This document shows positions 16,378 through 25,696 of a stretch of 64,000 nucleotides of DNA, piece after piece. Below the pieces are notes generated by a model. The model worked only from the letters and a program-made list of their open reading frames with translations. It did no database searches and was not told where the DNA came from. Each line of letters starts with the position of its first letter. Position 1 is the first letter of the stretch. The position numbers and the translations under genes are program-made. The stretch comes from Actinomycetes bacterium (GTDB taxonomy: Bacteria; Actinomycetota; Acidimicrobiia; Acidimicrobiales; JAJYXR01). The stretch is from NCBI GenBank assembly GCA_021801795.1, contig JAJYXR010000001.1:988-64987 (forward strand), in the 5' to 3' direction.

Positions 16378-16419
16378 GCCGCACCTGCCCGGCTCGGGTC
16401 GCTGGCCGCACCTGCCCGG
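16378..16419. repeat. Two perfect 15-bp direct repeats GCCGCACCTGCCCGG (16378-16392, 16405-16419; period 27 bp) upstream of the fused TA ORF
   Basis: Read directly. They lie 32-73 nt upstream of the GTG at 16346, between it and the yqgE-like stop. Confidence 0.8.
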
Positions 16420-16436
16420 GTGGCTGGAGGAACCGC

Positions 16437-17036
16437 TTAGTTCACCGAGGGGTGCGGCGGGAAGGCCGCCAGCATCGCCATGTCTCCGCCCTGGCGGCGA
16501 AGCACGTCGTGCCATAGCGCCTCGGGCGAGTCGGTGGTCACATCGGTCTCCTCGGCAGCCAGGACGAACCAGGCTCCCTCCGCCAGCTCCCCGTCGAGCT
16601 GTCCGGGTCCCCAGCCCGCATAACCGGTGAAGAGCCTCGCGCAGTCCAGGAGCTGGTGGTCCTCTCCTGCGCTAGGGGGGCTCGCGAGGTCGAGTGCACC
16701 GACGCCGTCGAAGAGCCCCACCCAGCCGGCATGGCTCCCGGCGTCGCCAGAGCCTCTCAGGTGCGCGAGGCCTATGACCGAGTTCAGCGCGACCGGCCCA
16801 CCGTGGAACATGACCGCAGGCGGCGCAGCCTGTGCAAGAGCCTCCCAGCCGCCCAGGATCTCGCCCACCGGCACGCTTCCGGGTCGGTTCAGGATCACCC
16901 CGAGGGTACCCTCCGGGCCGTCGTCGAGCACCAGGACCACGCTGCCTGTGAAGTTGGGGTCCGCGAGCCGCGGAGAGGCCACCAGGAGCCGCCCCCTCCT
17001 CGAGCTGTACTGGGTGAAGTCCCCGTCTTCGCTCAT
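16437..17036 (-). CDS. YqgE/AlgH family protein (UPF0301)
   Basis: GRLLVASPRLADPNFTGSVVLVLDDGPEGTLGVILNRP and the C-terminal FTGYAGWGPGQLDGELAEGAWF are typical of the family. Confidence 0.85.
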   Translation of the reverse strand: MSEDGDFTQYSSRRGRLLVASPRLADPNFTGSVVLVLDDGPEGTLGVILNRPGSVPVGEILGGWEALAQAAPPAVMFHGGPVALNSVIGLAHLRGSGDAGSHAGWVGLFDGVGALDLASPPSAGEDHQLLDCARLFTGYAGWGPGQLDGELAEGAWFVLAAEETDVTTDSPEALWHDVLRRQGGDMAMLAAFPPHPSVN

Positions 17037-17069
17037 CAGGTCGCCGCCTTCATGAAGTGGACACCGTCC

Positions 17070-18122
17070 TCAGGATCGCCCGGTTCCCGGTTCGGTTCGA
17101 AGCCTCGGCAGCGCGCTCGGGTGCTCGGTGCGCAGGAAGTCGACCAGGCGCTCGCGCACCTCGCACTGCAGATCCCACGACGCGGAGCTGTCCCTCGCGC
17201 TCATCATGGCCCTGAGCTGCATGGTCTCGGTCCCCACGCCGGTGACCTGAAGGCTCCATGCCTTTCCGTCCCAGTTGGACGACTCGAGAAGGATCTCGTG
17301 GAACCGTTCCCGTATCGCCTGGACCGGCGCGCTGTAGTCCACCTCCAGGTGCACCCAACCCACGATGTCGGCCCGCTGGCGGGTCCAGTTCTCGAACGGC
17401 TGGAGGGTGAAGTAGGAGATGGGAAGTATCAGCCTGCGCAGGTCCCATACGCGGACGGTCACGTAGTTCAGCGAGATCTCCTCGATGCGTCCCCAGTGCC
17501 CCTCCACTACCACCACGTCGTCCACCTTGATCGGCTGCGTGACCGCTATCTGGATCCCGGCGATCAGGTTCCCGATCGCCGGTCGTGCCGCCAGGCCGAT
17601 CACGATCCCGGCGACACCAGCCGAGGCGAGCAAGCTGGCACCGATCGCCCTGATCGGCGAGAAGCTGAGCAGCACCACCCCGAGAGCGAGGAACGAGACT
17701 CCGGCGATGGCCACCCTGCGGAACACCTGGATCTGCGTGTGAACGCGCCTGGCACGCAGGTTATCGGCAGCCGTGATGTCGTAACGCTGCTTCGCGACGT
17801 CGTCGAACACGTAGGTGAGCCCTATGAGCGCCCACGCGACCGATCCCACGACGACGATCCCGAGACCGTGCGCGAGCGCTGTGCCCAGCATGCCGTGCAC
17901 CCCCACCACTGCCACCGCTATGTCGAGCGCCACGCTGACGGTCGCGAGCCTGCTGGATGCCCTCAGGCGGTGGAGCACCGAGCACCGCAGCGTCGCACCG
18001 CGACGCACCGAGGCGCGTTCGAGCACCAGGAAGACCAGCCATTGGAGCCCGAGTCCGAGAAGTCCTGCACCGACGACGGCCACCGGTGCCACCCATATGC
18101 GGTCTGAAGCTGTAGCGAGCAT
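17070..18122 (-). CDS. Mechanosensitive ion channel family protein (MscS-like)
   Basis: Multiple TM helices followed by the conserved pore/beta-domain NLIAGIQIAVTQPIKVDDVVVVEGHWGRIEEISLNYVTVRVWD. I use the start at ATG 18122. The upstream part of the track ORF is Arg-rich and overlaps the neighbouring gene. Confidence 0.8.
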   Translation of the reverse strand: MLATASDRIWVAPVAVVGAGLLGLGLQWLVFLVLERASVRRGATLRCSVLHRLRASSRLATVSVALDIAVAVVGVHGMLGTALAHGLGIVVVGSVAWALIGLTYVFDDVAKQRYDITAADNLRARRVHTQIQVFRRVAIAGVSFLALGVVLLSFSPIRAIGASLLASAGVAGIVIGLAARPAIGNLIAGIQIAVTQPIKVDDVVVVEGHWGRIEEISLNYVTVRVWDLRRLILPISYFTLQPFENWTRQRADIVGWVHLEVDYSAPVQAIRERFHEILLESSNWDGKAWSLQVTGVGTETMQLRAMMSARDSSASWDLQCEVRERLVDFLRTEHPSALPRLRTEPGTGRS

Positions 18123-18127
18123 CCCGC

Positions 18128-18892
18128 TCAGGAAACTACCGCGCCGTGGCGCCCTTCCCCTGACGCGAAGCGCCTGGCCCCTTCGAGAGTCTCCCCCGAA
18201 CGGATCACCTCGAGGCCGCCGGCAGCCTCCATTCTGAGTGCTTCTGCGAGGCCGAGTCCCCACTGCTCGTAGGACGAACGCCTGTCTGCACGCATGCAGA
18301 GCTGCGGGAAGGCCGCTATCTGGAGCGCGAGCTCCATGGCAGCATCGAGAGCAGAGCCCTCGGGCACCACCCGGTTCGCGAGACCGAATGCCAGTGCCTC
18401 CTCGGCGTCTACGGCCCTGCCGGTGAGGATCATGTCGAGCGCCCTGGAGTGGCCAATGAGCCGGCTGAGGCGCACCGTCCCGCCGTCGACCAGTGGCACC
18501 CCGAAGCGCCGGCAGTAGACCCCGAACACTGCGCCCCTACCAGCCACACGCAGGTCGCACCAGAGCGCCAGCTCGAGCCCGCCCGCCACGGCATGGCCCT
18601 CCACGGCAGCGATCACCGGTTTCGCTAGCAGCCTCCTCGTCGGCCCCAGGGGTCCGTCCGAGCCTGGCTCCACACGACCGGCACTACCGCCTGCCACAGC
18701 CTTCAGGTCTGCTCCAGAGCAGAAGGTCCCTCCAGCGCCGGTGAGCACACCCACCCTGAGGCTCTCGTCTGCCTCCAGCCTCTCGAAGGCAGCAGTGAGG
18801 GCGGTGGCTGTGGCTACATCTATGGCGTTCTTCGTCTCAGGCCTGTCGATGGTGACGAGCAGGACTGGGTCGTGGGCCTCTACCCGAACCAT
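18128..18892 (-). CDS. Enoyl-CoA hydratase/isomerase (crotonase) family protein
   Basis: LLVTIDRPETKNAID...VLTGAGGTFCSGADLK...KPVIAAVEGHAVAGGLELALWCDL is a classical crotonase signature. Confidence 0.9.
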   Translation of the reverse strand: MVRVEAHDPVLLVTIDRPETKNAIDVATATALTAAFERLEADESLRVGVLTGAGGTFCSGADLKAVAGGSAGRVEPGSDGPLGPTRRLLAKPVIAAVEGHAVAGGLELALWCDLRVAGRGAVFGVYCRRFGVPLVDGGTVRLSRLIGHSRALDMILTGRAVDAEEALAFGLANRVVPEGSALDAAMELALQIAAFPQLCMRADRRSSYEQWGLGLAEALRMEAAGGLEVIRSGETLEGARRFASGEGRHGAVVS

Positions 18893-21384
18893 CCGACTAC
18901 GTCGACTATCACGTTCACCGAGCCGGCATTGTTGAACACGTCGATCTCACCGGAGGACCCGAGCTTCACGACCACCATGTTCGCGACTGTCTCGCCGGCG
19001 TGCCAGTTCAGGTCCGAGGAGGAGGGGACCGAGCCCCCAGCCGGGTACGCGGCCAGGAAGCTGCCGGCGGTGGTACCGGTGACCGTCAGGTTCACCACCA
19101 CCCCGGTAGCCGATGAAGGCACTCCGCCCACGCCGGCGACCGGGATCGTGAGGCTGCCCGCCGGCCCCACCGTGTGGCCAGTGCAGGCATCCGTGAGCCC
19201 TGAGAGGCTGGTGGGCCTAGTGTCGCAGATCCTCACGGGAGCGCTGGGGGTGAAGGAGGCACCGGTGGACGCGTAGTAGCCGTTCACATCTACGATCACG
19301 TCGGTGGTGCCGAAGGCGTTGTATATGGCCACCTGGCCGTTAGTCCCCACGGGCACGACCACCCGGTTCGGAACCGCGGCACCCAGGGAGAAGTTCACGC
19401 TAGAGGAAGCCGGCAGGGTGGCTCCGGCAGGGTAGACCGTGAGGAACCCCCCGTGGGTGCCGTCCACCGCTGTGACGTTCAGGACCACCGCGGACACCCC
19501 GGACGAGGGCACGTTCCCCACCCCGGTAACGGTGACCAGCGCGGTGCCTGCCGGGCCGGGAGCCGCCAGGGACTGGTTGGCCGACGGTATGTTCTCGCTC
19601 GCGCAGTAAGGCGGAGGCGATGCGCCTGCACATCGAGTGTCGGCGATGCGGGTAGGCGGGAGCGGGTTGAAGAGGCTGCCCCCCGTCCCAGATGCGTCGA
19701 CGTAGCCCTCCACGTCCACCGCCACGTTCGTGGTGCCGAAGGCGTTGTATATGGCCACCTGGCCCGAGCTCCCGATGGTGACGTCCACGAGGTTCGCGAC
19801 GATGTCTCCAGGCGAGAAGTTGATGCTGGAGGCCACCGGCGTGGCGGTGCCAGACGGGTAGACCGTGAGGAACCCGCCGTGGGTCGGCTGGATGGCGGTG
19901 ACGTTCAGAAGCACCGACTCCGCACCTGAGGGCACGGCGTCGGTTCCAGATCCCGTGCCTGTCACCTGGACGTTTATCGTCTGGCCCGCCCCAGGCGCCT
20001 GCAGGGAAGTGTTGGAGGACGGAAGGTTCTCGTTGGCACAGAATGCAGGCGTGGGACTCGCCCCGCATCGCGTGTCGGCGATCCGGTAGGGGGTCACCGG
20101 AAAGTAGGAGCCGCTGGCCACGTAGACGAAGCCGTCGAGTGAGGTCGCAGGGGTCGTACCGCCCGGCGTCACCACCGTCACGCCCACCAGGCCCGGGGTC
20201 GTGGCGGCCGGCACGGTCGCGGTCACCTCCGTGCTCGACACGACCGTCACGTTCGTCGCGGCCACAGAGCCGAAGTCGACAGCCGTGGCGCCGGACAGGG
20301 AGGTGCCGTCTATCGTCACCGTCCCGCCACCGGCGAGCGGCGACGACGCCGGTGTGACCGAGGTGACCGTCGGCGGGGGCATGACCAGGTTCAGCGTGGC
20401 GGTGTCGACAGCGTCGACGGTAGCGGTTAGGCCCTCTTCGGAGACCTGCTCGCTGCCGTTCAGCTGCACGTAGCAGGTCGTGCACGGGGCCGGAAGGCCC
20501 GATGGCACGGTGAGCGATCCCGAGAGGTCACCCGTGGCGCTCTCCGTGGCGGAAGCTCCGGTGGCCGTCACGCACTGTCCACTCGTGGCATCGCATACCT
20601 CGATGGTCCCGGTGATGCTGCCACCGGCCACCGGCGAGACCGGCCAGTTGGTTCCGCTTACGCTCACCGTGGCTCCCGCGTACGCGGTCGTGGGACTCAC
20701 GCTGAAGGTGGGCTGGATCTGGCCGGAGTACTCCACGGGTGCGACGGCCACGGCGGTAGGAGAGAAGCTGGAGGTGATCCCGACGAGCGCCACTGCACAG
20801 ATGACCCCAGCCTTCTGCTCGGCAGCCGTCGGCGGGCAGGGGTAGTTAGCAGCGTCCTGGTTCGCGGGGTTCCCCGCGGAGTCGGTTCCAGAGTCCGATG
20901 AGCCGATGTTCCCGCTCGGAACGGAGTACGGGTAGCTGAGGGTCCCGTTCGAGTAGTACTTCGAGGTCTGCTCCACGACGAACTCGCTGCATCCCACCGG
21001 CACGTTATGACCGAACACGCTGTAGGTGGGCTGGGTCGGGTCGCTGTTGCACTCGATGGGGACGAAGTAGGTGTCGCTGGAGGCATCCCAGTTAGTGCTG
21101 GTGATGGTCGCAGACGTGGTCCCGCTCGTGCTCAGGCCGGTGCTCGGGGAGACCTGGATCGACGGGGTCCCCGCGCTCGTGAAGACAGCCTGGCCGATGG
21201 TGGGCGCAGCCGCACCGGCAGGAAGAGCCCCACCAGCCAGGGAGGCCAGTCCGGTGCCCAGCGTCAGCGCAACCGCGCCGACGAGCGCCACCCCTACCCT
21301 CGGGCCGGCCGACCAGGTGCCCGAACGCCGGCGGCCGCGAGGCCCGCCTGCTCGACCAGAACATCCCCTGCTGCTAGTGCTCAT
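18880..21384 (-). CDS. Large secreted protein: signal peptide, Cys-rich N-terminal domains, IPT/TIG-like Ig domain, then three copies of a ~125-135-aa 'DTRC' module
   Basis: Signal-like N-terminus (RRRSGTWSAGPRVGVALVGAVALTLGTGLASLAGG). IPT-like PTVTSVTPASSPLAGGGTVTIDGTSLSGATAVDFG...TVVTPGGTT (about 20119-20376). Three modules lie at about 19699-20106, 19273-19674 and 18883-19254. Each has RI[AC]DTR..C, V.GVG.VPSSG..AVVLNVT, GGFLTVYP, NF/NW..G, GQVAIYN and VDV.GY. Confidence 0.7.
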   Translation of the reverse strand: MSTSSRGCSGRAGGPRGRRRSGTWSAGPRVGVALVGAVALTLGTGLASLAGGALPAGAAAPTIGQAVFTSAGTPSIQVSPSTGLSTSGTTSATITSTNWDASSDTYFVPIECNSDPTQPTYSVFGHNVPVGCSEFVVEQTSKYYSNGTLSYPYSVPSGNIGSSDSGTDSAGNPANQDAANYPCPPTAAEQKAGVICAVALVGITSSFSPTAVAVAPVEYSGQIQPTFSVSPTTAYAGATVSVSGTNWPVSPVAGGSITGTIEVCDATSGQCVTATGASATESATGDLSGSLTVPSGLPAPCTTCYVQLNGSEQVSEEGLTATVDAVDTATLNLVMPPPTVTSVTPASSPLAGGGTVTIDGTSLSGATAVDFGSVAATNVTVVSSTEVTATVPAATTPGLVGVTVVTPGGTTPATSLDGFVYVASGSYFPVTPYRIADTRCGASPTPAFCANENLPSSNTSLQAPGAGQTINVQVTGTGSGTDAVPSGAESVLLNVTAIQPTHGGFLTVYPSGTATPVASSINFSPGDIVANLVDVTIGSSGQVAIYNAFGTTNVAVDVEGYVDASGTGGSLFNPLPPTRIADTRCAGASPPPYCASENIPSANQSLAAPGPAGTALVTVTGVGNVPSSGVSAVVLNVTAVDGTHGGFLTVYPAGATLPASSSVNFSLGAAVPNRVVVPVGTNGQVAIYNAFGTTDVIVDVNGYYASTGASFTPSAPVRICDTRPTSLSGLTDACTGHTVGPAGSLTIPVAGVGGVPSSATGVVVNLTVTGTTAGSFLAAYPAGGSVPSSSDLNWHAGETVANMVVVKLGSSGEIDVFNNAGSVNVIVDVVGWFG

Positions 21385-21444
21385 CGCTGTCCCCCTGCAT
21401 CCACGCGGTCCCCGGCAGGAACCGTCCCCTGACAGACCGTCACC

Positions 21445-24400
21445 CTAATCCACTTCGACAACGCGTTCCAGCCGCGCTAGACCCGGCGGCAACCGGCCGG
21501 CCAAGCCGCCGAGCCAGTAGCCCATGGCTCCTGGCACCAGGCGGGGCAGGACCAGGGACCCGACCGTCGCTGCCCCGGCAGATCCCACCGCTATGGTCCA
21601 GCCGACGGGACCGAGCGGCGTGCAGCCGAAGAACTGGCTCACGACCGGTGTCTGGACCACCGCCACGAGGACGGCTGCCGATCCGGCACTGGCCGCGAGG
21701 ACAGCGGGACTGTGCCTGCCGATGACTGCCGTCTGTGCGAGCTGGGTGCCCACCAGGGCCGCCAGTGCCACAGTCGACGCGTGCCTGCGCCGGCCTGTAG
21801 CCCTGGCGAGCATCCAGGCCCCGGTGGCTCCAGATGCCGTGGTGATCGCACGGAGGGCTATCTCGCGCACGAGGGCTCCACCCAGGGCAGCATCCGGACC
21901 CTCGTGGAGCAGTGCCTCGGGACTCATGCCAGCAGGGGGCCTGAGCGCGATGGTCATGGCGGGAGCCAGGTCCGTGAGCAGGTTCACGAGCAGGAACTGC
22001 CGGGCGGCGAGAGGGGAAGAGCCGGCGATGGCAGTGGTGGCGATGCTGAAGGCCACCTCGCCGAGGTTCCCGCCGACGAGGATTCCGAGGGCATCACGCA
22101 CGGATGACCACATGGCACGCCCCTCGACGATCGCGTCGACGATCGTCTCCAGGCGATCGTCCGTGACCACCAGGTCTGCGGCCTCCCTGGCGGCGGCCGA
22201 CCCGCGTGCGCCAAGTGCTATCCCGGCATGGGCGAGCCTGATGGCTCCGGCGTCGTTCGCACCGTCGCCGGTCATCGCCACCACGCGCCCCGCTCTCTGG
22301 AAGGCCCCGACGACCCGTACCTTGTGAGCCGGGGTCACCCTAGCGAAGACGGACACCTTCCCTGCGATGGACTCCAGCTCGGAATCGCTCATCTGGTCGA
22401 GCTCGGTGCCAGTCACCACCAGCTTCGAGTCCAATATGCCGAGCTCTTCTGCTATGGCCTGCGCAGTTGCCGGATGGTCCCCGGTGATCATCACCACCTC
22501 GACACCCGCCCTGGAGAGCTGGTCGACTGCTGCTGCGGCGCTCGGACGCACGTGGTCGGCGAGCCCCAGGAAGCCGAGCAGCTCTAGGCGCGAGACCCGC
22601 TCGTCCACCAGCTCGCCACCGTTGTCAGCGCGGCGCTCCGCTACGGCTAGCACCCTCAGTCCCTGAGAGGCCAGCCGCTCGACCTCCGACGCGAGCTGCC
22701 TGTGCGTCCGGGCATCGATCCGCCTGGAGCCAGCCGGAGCCAGCCAGCTCACACAACGCGGCAGTATCACCTCCGGTGCGCCCTTGGCAGCGACCACCAT
22801 CCCCTCGCCGCTCCTGCCGATCACCGCGTGGAACCCCCGGGTGGGCTCGAACGCGAGCTCCCCGACCACCTCCCATCCACCCACCAGGCTCCCCGGGGAC
22901 AGGCCCAAGGCCTGGGCTCCCTCGACCACGGCCCTGTCAGTGGCATGCCACATGGCCCTGTCCGCGTCCGACTCCGGGCTCGCTCGAAGTGCCGATGCGA
23001 GCACCGACATGGTGCGCGCGCCGAGTGACTCGACAGGCTCGTCCACCCGTCCATCGGATACCCGCTTCAGTGCGATCGAGCCCGCAGTGAGGGTGCCGGT
23101 CTTATCGAAACAGAGCATGTCCACGCGCCCGAGGGCCTCTATGGTGCGGGGATTGCGCACCAGCGCGCCCCGCTCGGAGAGGCGCCGGGCCGCCGAGACC
23201 TGTGCGGCGCTCGCCAGCAGCGGCAGGCCTTCTGGCACTGCAGCCACCATGAGGCTCACCCCGGAGCTGACCGCCGAGCGCACGGAAGCCCCCCGGAGCA
23301 GCCCGATACCCGTGACCGCTCCACCGCTTGCCAGGGTCACCGGCACGCTGAGCGCGCTGAGTCGGGCCAGGCGGGCCTCCACACCGCTCGGTGCCGGCTC
23401 GGGCGCATCTGAGAGCGCTTTACGCGCCTCGGTGGATCCGCCCACCGCCACCACCACCGCTAGGCCACTGCCGGCCACCACGGTGGTGCCTTCGTAGAGC
23501 ATGCAGGAGCGGTCTGCCACCCCGACCCCTGGCGTAGCCAGAGCCTGCTTCGCCACGGGAAAGGACTCACCGGTGAGCGACGACTCGTCCACCTCGAGGC
23601 CGATCGCCTCCAGGATCCGGCAGTCGGCCACCACCTGGTCGCCACCGCTCACCTCCAGCACGTCGCCCACCACCAGCCGATCGTGGCCCAGCTGCACCGT
23701 GGCACCGTCGCGCCTCACGCCGACCAGGGCAGCCCCTGCTCCCGCCAGGCGCTCGATGGATACCTCGGACCGCAGGCGCTGCACGGCTCCGATGGCGGCG
23801 TTGGCGCCGGTGACTCCGGCCACGAGAGCCGCGTCGGTCAGGGACCCCACCGCTGCCGAGAGGCCTGCGCCCGCGGCGAGCAGCGGGGTCAGGGGGTTGG
23901 CCAGCTCCTCGCCGAGCGCCTTGGCCAGGCGCAACGGCATAGGACGCCTCCTGGCCCGGGGTTCCATACGCCTGCGCGCCTCCGAAGCAGCGAGCCCCTC
24001 TGGCGACGCATGGAGCGCGCTCAGGGCCGCCTCGGGGCTCATCGCGTGCCAGGCAGGAGCGGCGAGCATGAGGCGCGGTGGACGCCTCTCCAGGCCCGCA
24101 GCACGCAGGTACCCGTTGGCCTGGGCTGCCAGGGCCGCCGCATTGACCGCCAACGCAGCCCGGCGACCCGCCCCCACGGGCAGGCCTACCAGCGCCCAGG
24201 CTGCTCCGATCCCGCTCCCGGCCATCGCCAGCGAGGCACTCTGCCTGCTCACCGTGGAAGCCTGCTGGAGTGCCTCCACCACCACCAGCGCATCGGCGAG
24301 CTCCTCCCCGAGGATCAGGTCGGCTCCCCAGGGAGCCGGCGCTGCCCTCCCCGTAACCGCGACGCTGACATCGGCTGCCTCGAGGGCCCTGTGGGACACT

Positions 24401-25596
24401 CCTCCGGACACGAGCAGGACTACCTTGCCGAGAGCCTGGAGCGATCGCACCGACTCGTGCAGGTGCCTCCCGCCGGGAACCACCTCGCTCACCCCGAGCT
24501 GGCGTGCTGTGGACCCACGCCTGCCCGCCAGGACCAGGTGCAGCCCGGCACGCCGGGCTCCGTCGGCGAGGAGGAGGGCCGCGGGGTCTAGCTCATCCGT
24601 GTCAGACATGCGCGCCCTGCCGGTAGTGAGTACCGCCACGTCGAGCACCACCGTGTCGACCCGATCGAGCATCCTGAGGGCGCCACGGTCCATCACTACC
24701 GCTCCGCGGCGTGCCAGCGATCGGCCGAAGCGTGACCCGAATGCCTCACGCCCCATCCGGCCAGCCTTCGGGGTGCCAGCGCTGAAGGCTGTGGCCGCCA
24801 GGCGGGGGCTCCCGGTGAACCCGAGCACCCCTGCGAAACCAGCGAAGGAAGCCAGGGAGGCGATGTCGGCCCATCGCTCCACCGGACCACGCTTGATGGC
24901 GGCTGGACGCGGGTCACGCTCCACCGGTGCCGCCGCGGACCGACCGCGCGCACCGAGTTCCTGCTCGCGCCGAACCCAGACCGCCCGGTTCGCCCCCAGC
25001 TCTCCTATCACGTTTCCCCGGTGCGCCATGTCCACCACCAGGCCGAGCGGTCCCTGGGACACTGCCTGGCCCAGGGCGTTCGCCAGGCCGAGGCCGAGGT
25101 CAGAAGCGGCTGGACCGAGGTGGGCGTCGAGAAACCGACGGATGCGCGGCTCGGACTCCAGAAGGGACACCACCGAGGCGAGCTCCACGGGCACGGGAGA
25201 CATCCCGAGCACCTGGCCGAACACCGAGACCCAGAGGCCCAGCACGTCCGCGCCGAGCGCGATGGCGTTCCTGCGGATGGGCTCGGCGTCACCTGGATGC
25301 TCCGGCCGGTCGTGACCGAAGCGCTCGGCGTGGAGACCGTGGGCTTCCTCCACCCCTTCCACCACGTCCACCAGGTCGTCCACGCCGGTGCTGTCCGGGT
25401 CGAACACGACCACCACCCTGCCGGTCACCGCGTTCACCTCGGCCCAGCTCACCGAGTCGAGCGAGCGCAGCGCGCGCTCTACCTCAGCCGTGAACGCACC
25501 GAGGCCCGGACGCCTCGCTGCACGTACCTCTATGTGTGCACGGCCGTCCCTGGCCCACACCCTTCGATGACGCCTGCCGGCGGCGAGCCAGGTCAC
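21445..25596 (-). CDS. Cation-transporting P-type ATPase (P2-like catalytic half) with ~505-aa N-terminal extension (CtpH/CtpI-like size class)
   Basis: The C-terminal ~870 aa carry SSLTGES, CFDKTGTLT, MITGDHPATA, MTGDGANDAGAI and a cation-ATPase N-terminal motif WHAMSPEAALSALHASPEGLAASEARRR. The N-terminal half is described in the findings. Confidence 0.9.
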   Translation of the reverse strand: MTWLAAGRRHRRVWARDGRAHIEVRAARRPGLGAFTAEVERALRSLDSVSWAEVNAVTGRVVVVFDPDSTGVDDLVDVVEGVEEAHGLHAERFGHDRPEHPGDAEPIRRNAIALGADVLGLWVSVFGQVLGMSPVPVELASVVSLLESEPRIRRFLDAHLGPAASDLGLGLANALGQAVSQGPLGLVVDMAHRGNVIGELGANRAVWVRREQELGARGRSAAAPVERDPRPAAIKRGPVERWADIASLASFAGFAGVLGFTGSPRLAATAFSAGTPKAGRMGREAFGSRFGRSLARRGAVVMDRGALRMLDRVDTVVLDVAVLTTGRARMSDTDELDPAALLLADGARRAGLHLVLAGRRGSTARQLGVSEVVPGGRHLHESVRSLQALGKVVLLVSGGVSHRALEAADVSVAVTGRAAPAPWGADLILGEELADALVVVEALQQASTVSRQSASLAMAGSGIGAAWALVGLPVGAGRRAALAVNAAALAAQANGYLRAAGLERRPPRLMLAAPAWHAMSPEAALSALHASPEGLAASEARRRMEPRARRRPMPLRLAKALGEELANPLTPLLAAGAGLSAAVGSLTDAALVAGVTGANAAIGAVQRLRSEVSIERLAGAGAALVGVRRDGATVQLGHDRLVVGDVLEVSGGDQVVADCRILEAIGLEVDESSLTGESFPVAKQALATPGVGVADRSCMLYEGTTVVAGSGLAVVVAVGGSTEARKALSDAPEPAPSGVEARLARLSALSVPVTLASGGAVTGIGLLRGASVRSAVSSGVSLMVAAVPEGLPLLASAAQVSAARRLSERGALVRNPRTIEALGRVDMLCFDKTGTLTAGSIALKRVSDGRVDEPVESLGARTMSVLASALRASPESDADRAMWHATDRAVVEGAQALGLSPGSLVGGWEVVGELAFEPTRGFHAVIGRSGEGMVVAAKGAPEVILPRCVSWLAPAGSRRIDARTHRQLASEVERLASQGLRVLAVAERRADNGGELVDERVSRLELLGFLGLADHVRPSAAAAVDQLSRAGVEVVMITGDHPATAQAIAEELGILDSKLVVTGTELDQMSDSELESIAGKVSVFARVTPAHKVRVVGAFQRAGRVVAMTGDGANDAGAIRLAHAGIALGARGSAAAREAADLVVTDDRLETIVDAIVEGRAMWSSVRDALGILVGGNLGEVAFSIATTAIAGSSPLAARQFLLVNLLTDLAPAMTIALRPPAGMSPEALLHEGPDAALGGALVREIALRAITTASGATGAWMLARATGRRRHASTVALAALVGTQLAQTAVIGRHSPAVLAASAGSAAVLVAVVQTPVVSQFFGCTPLGPVGWTIAVGSAGAATVGSLVLPRLVPGAMGYWLGGLAGRLPPGLARLERVVEVD

Positions 25597-25613
25597 CTAG
25601 CCGGCCTGAGGAT

Positions 25614-25645
25614 CTCGATCACCGGGCGACCTCGATCACCGGGCG
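25614..25645. repeat. Two perfect 15-bp direct repeats CTCGATCACCGGGCG (25614-25628, 25631-25645) just upstream of the P-type ATPase start
   Basis: Read directly. They lie 18-49 nt upstream of the ATG at 25596 (minus strand). Confidence 0.8.
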
Positions 25646-25696
25646 GCGCAGACCGGCGACCTGCCAGGATCAGCCGCCTGAGAACAGGCCCGGCGG

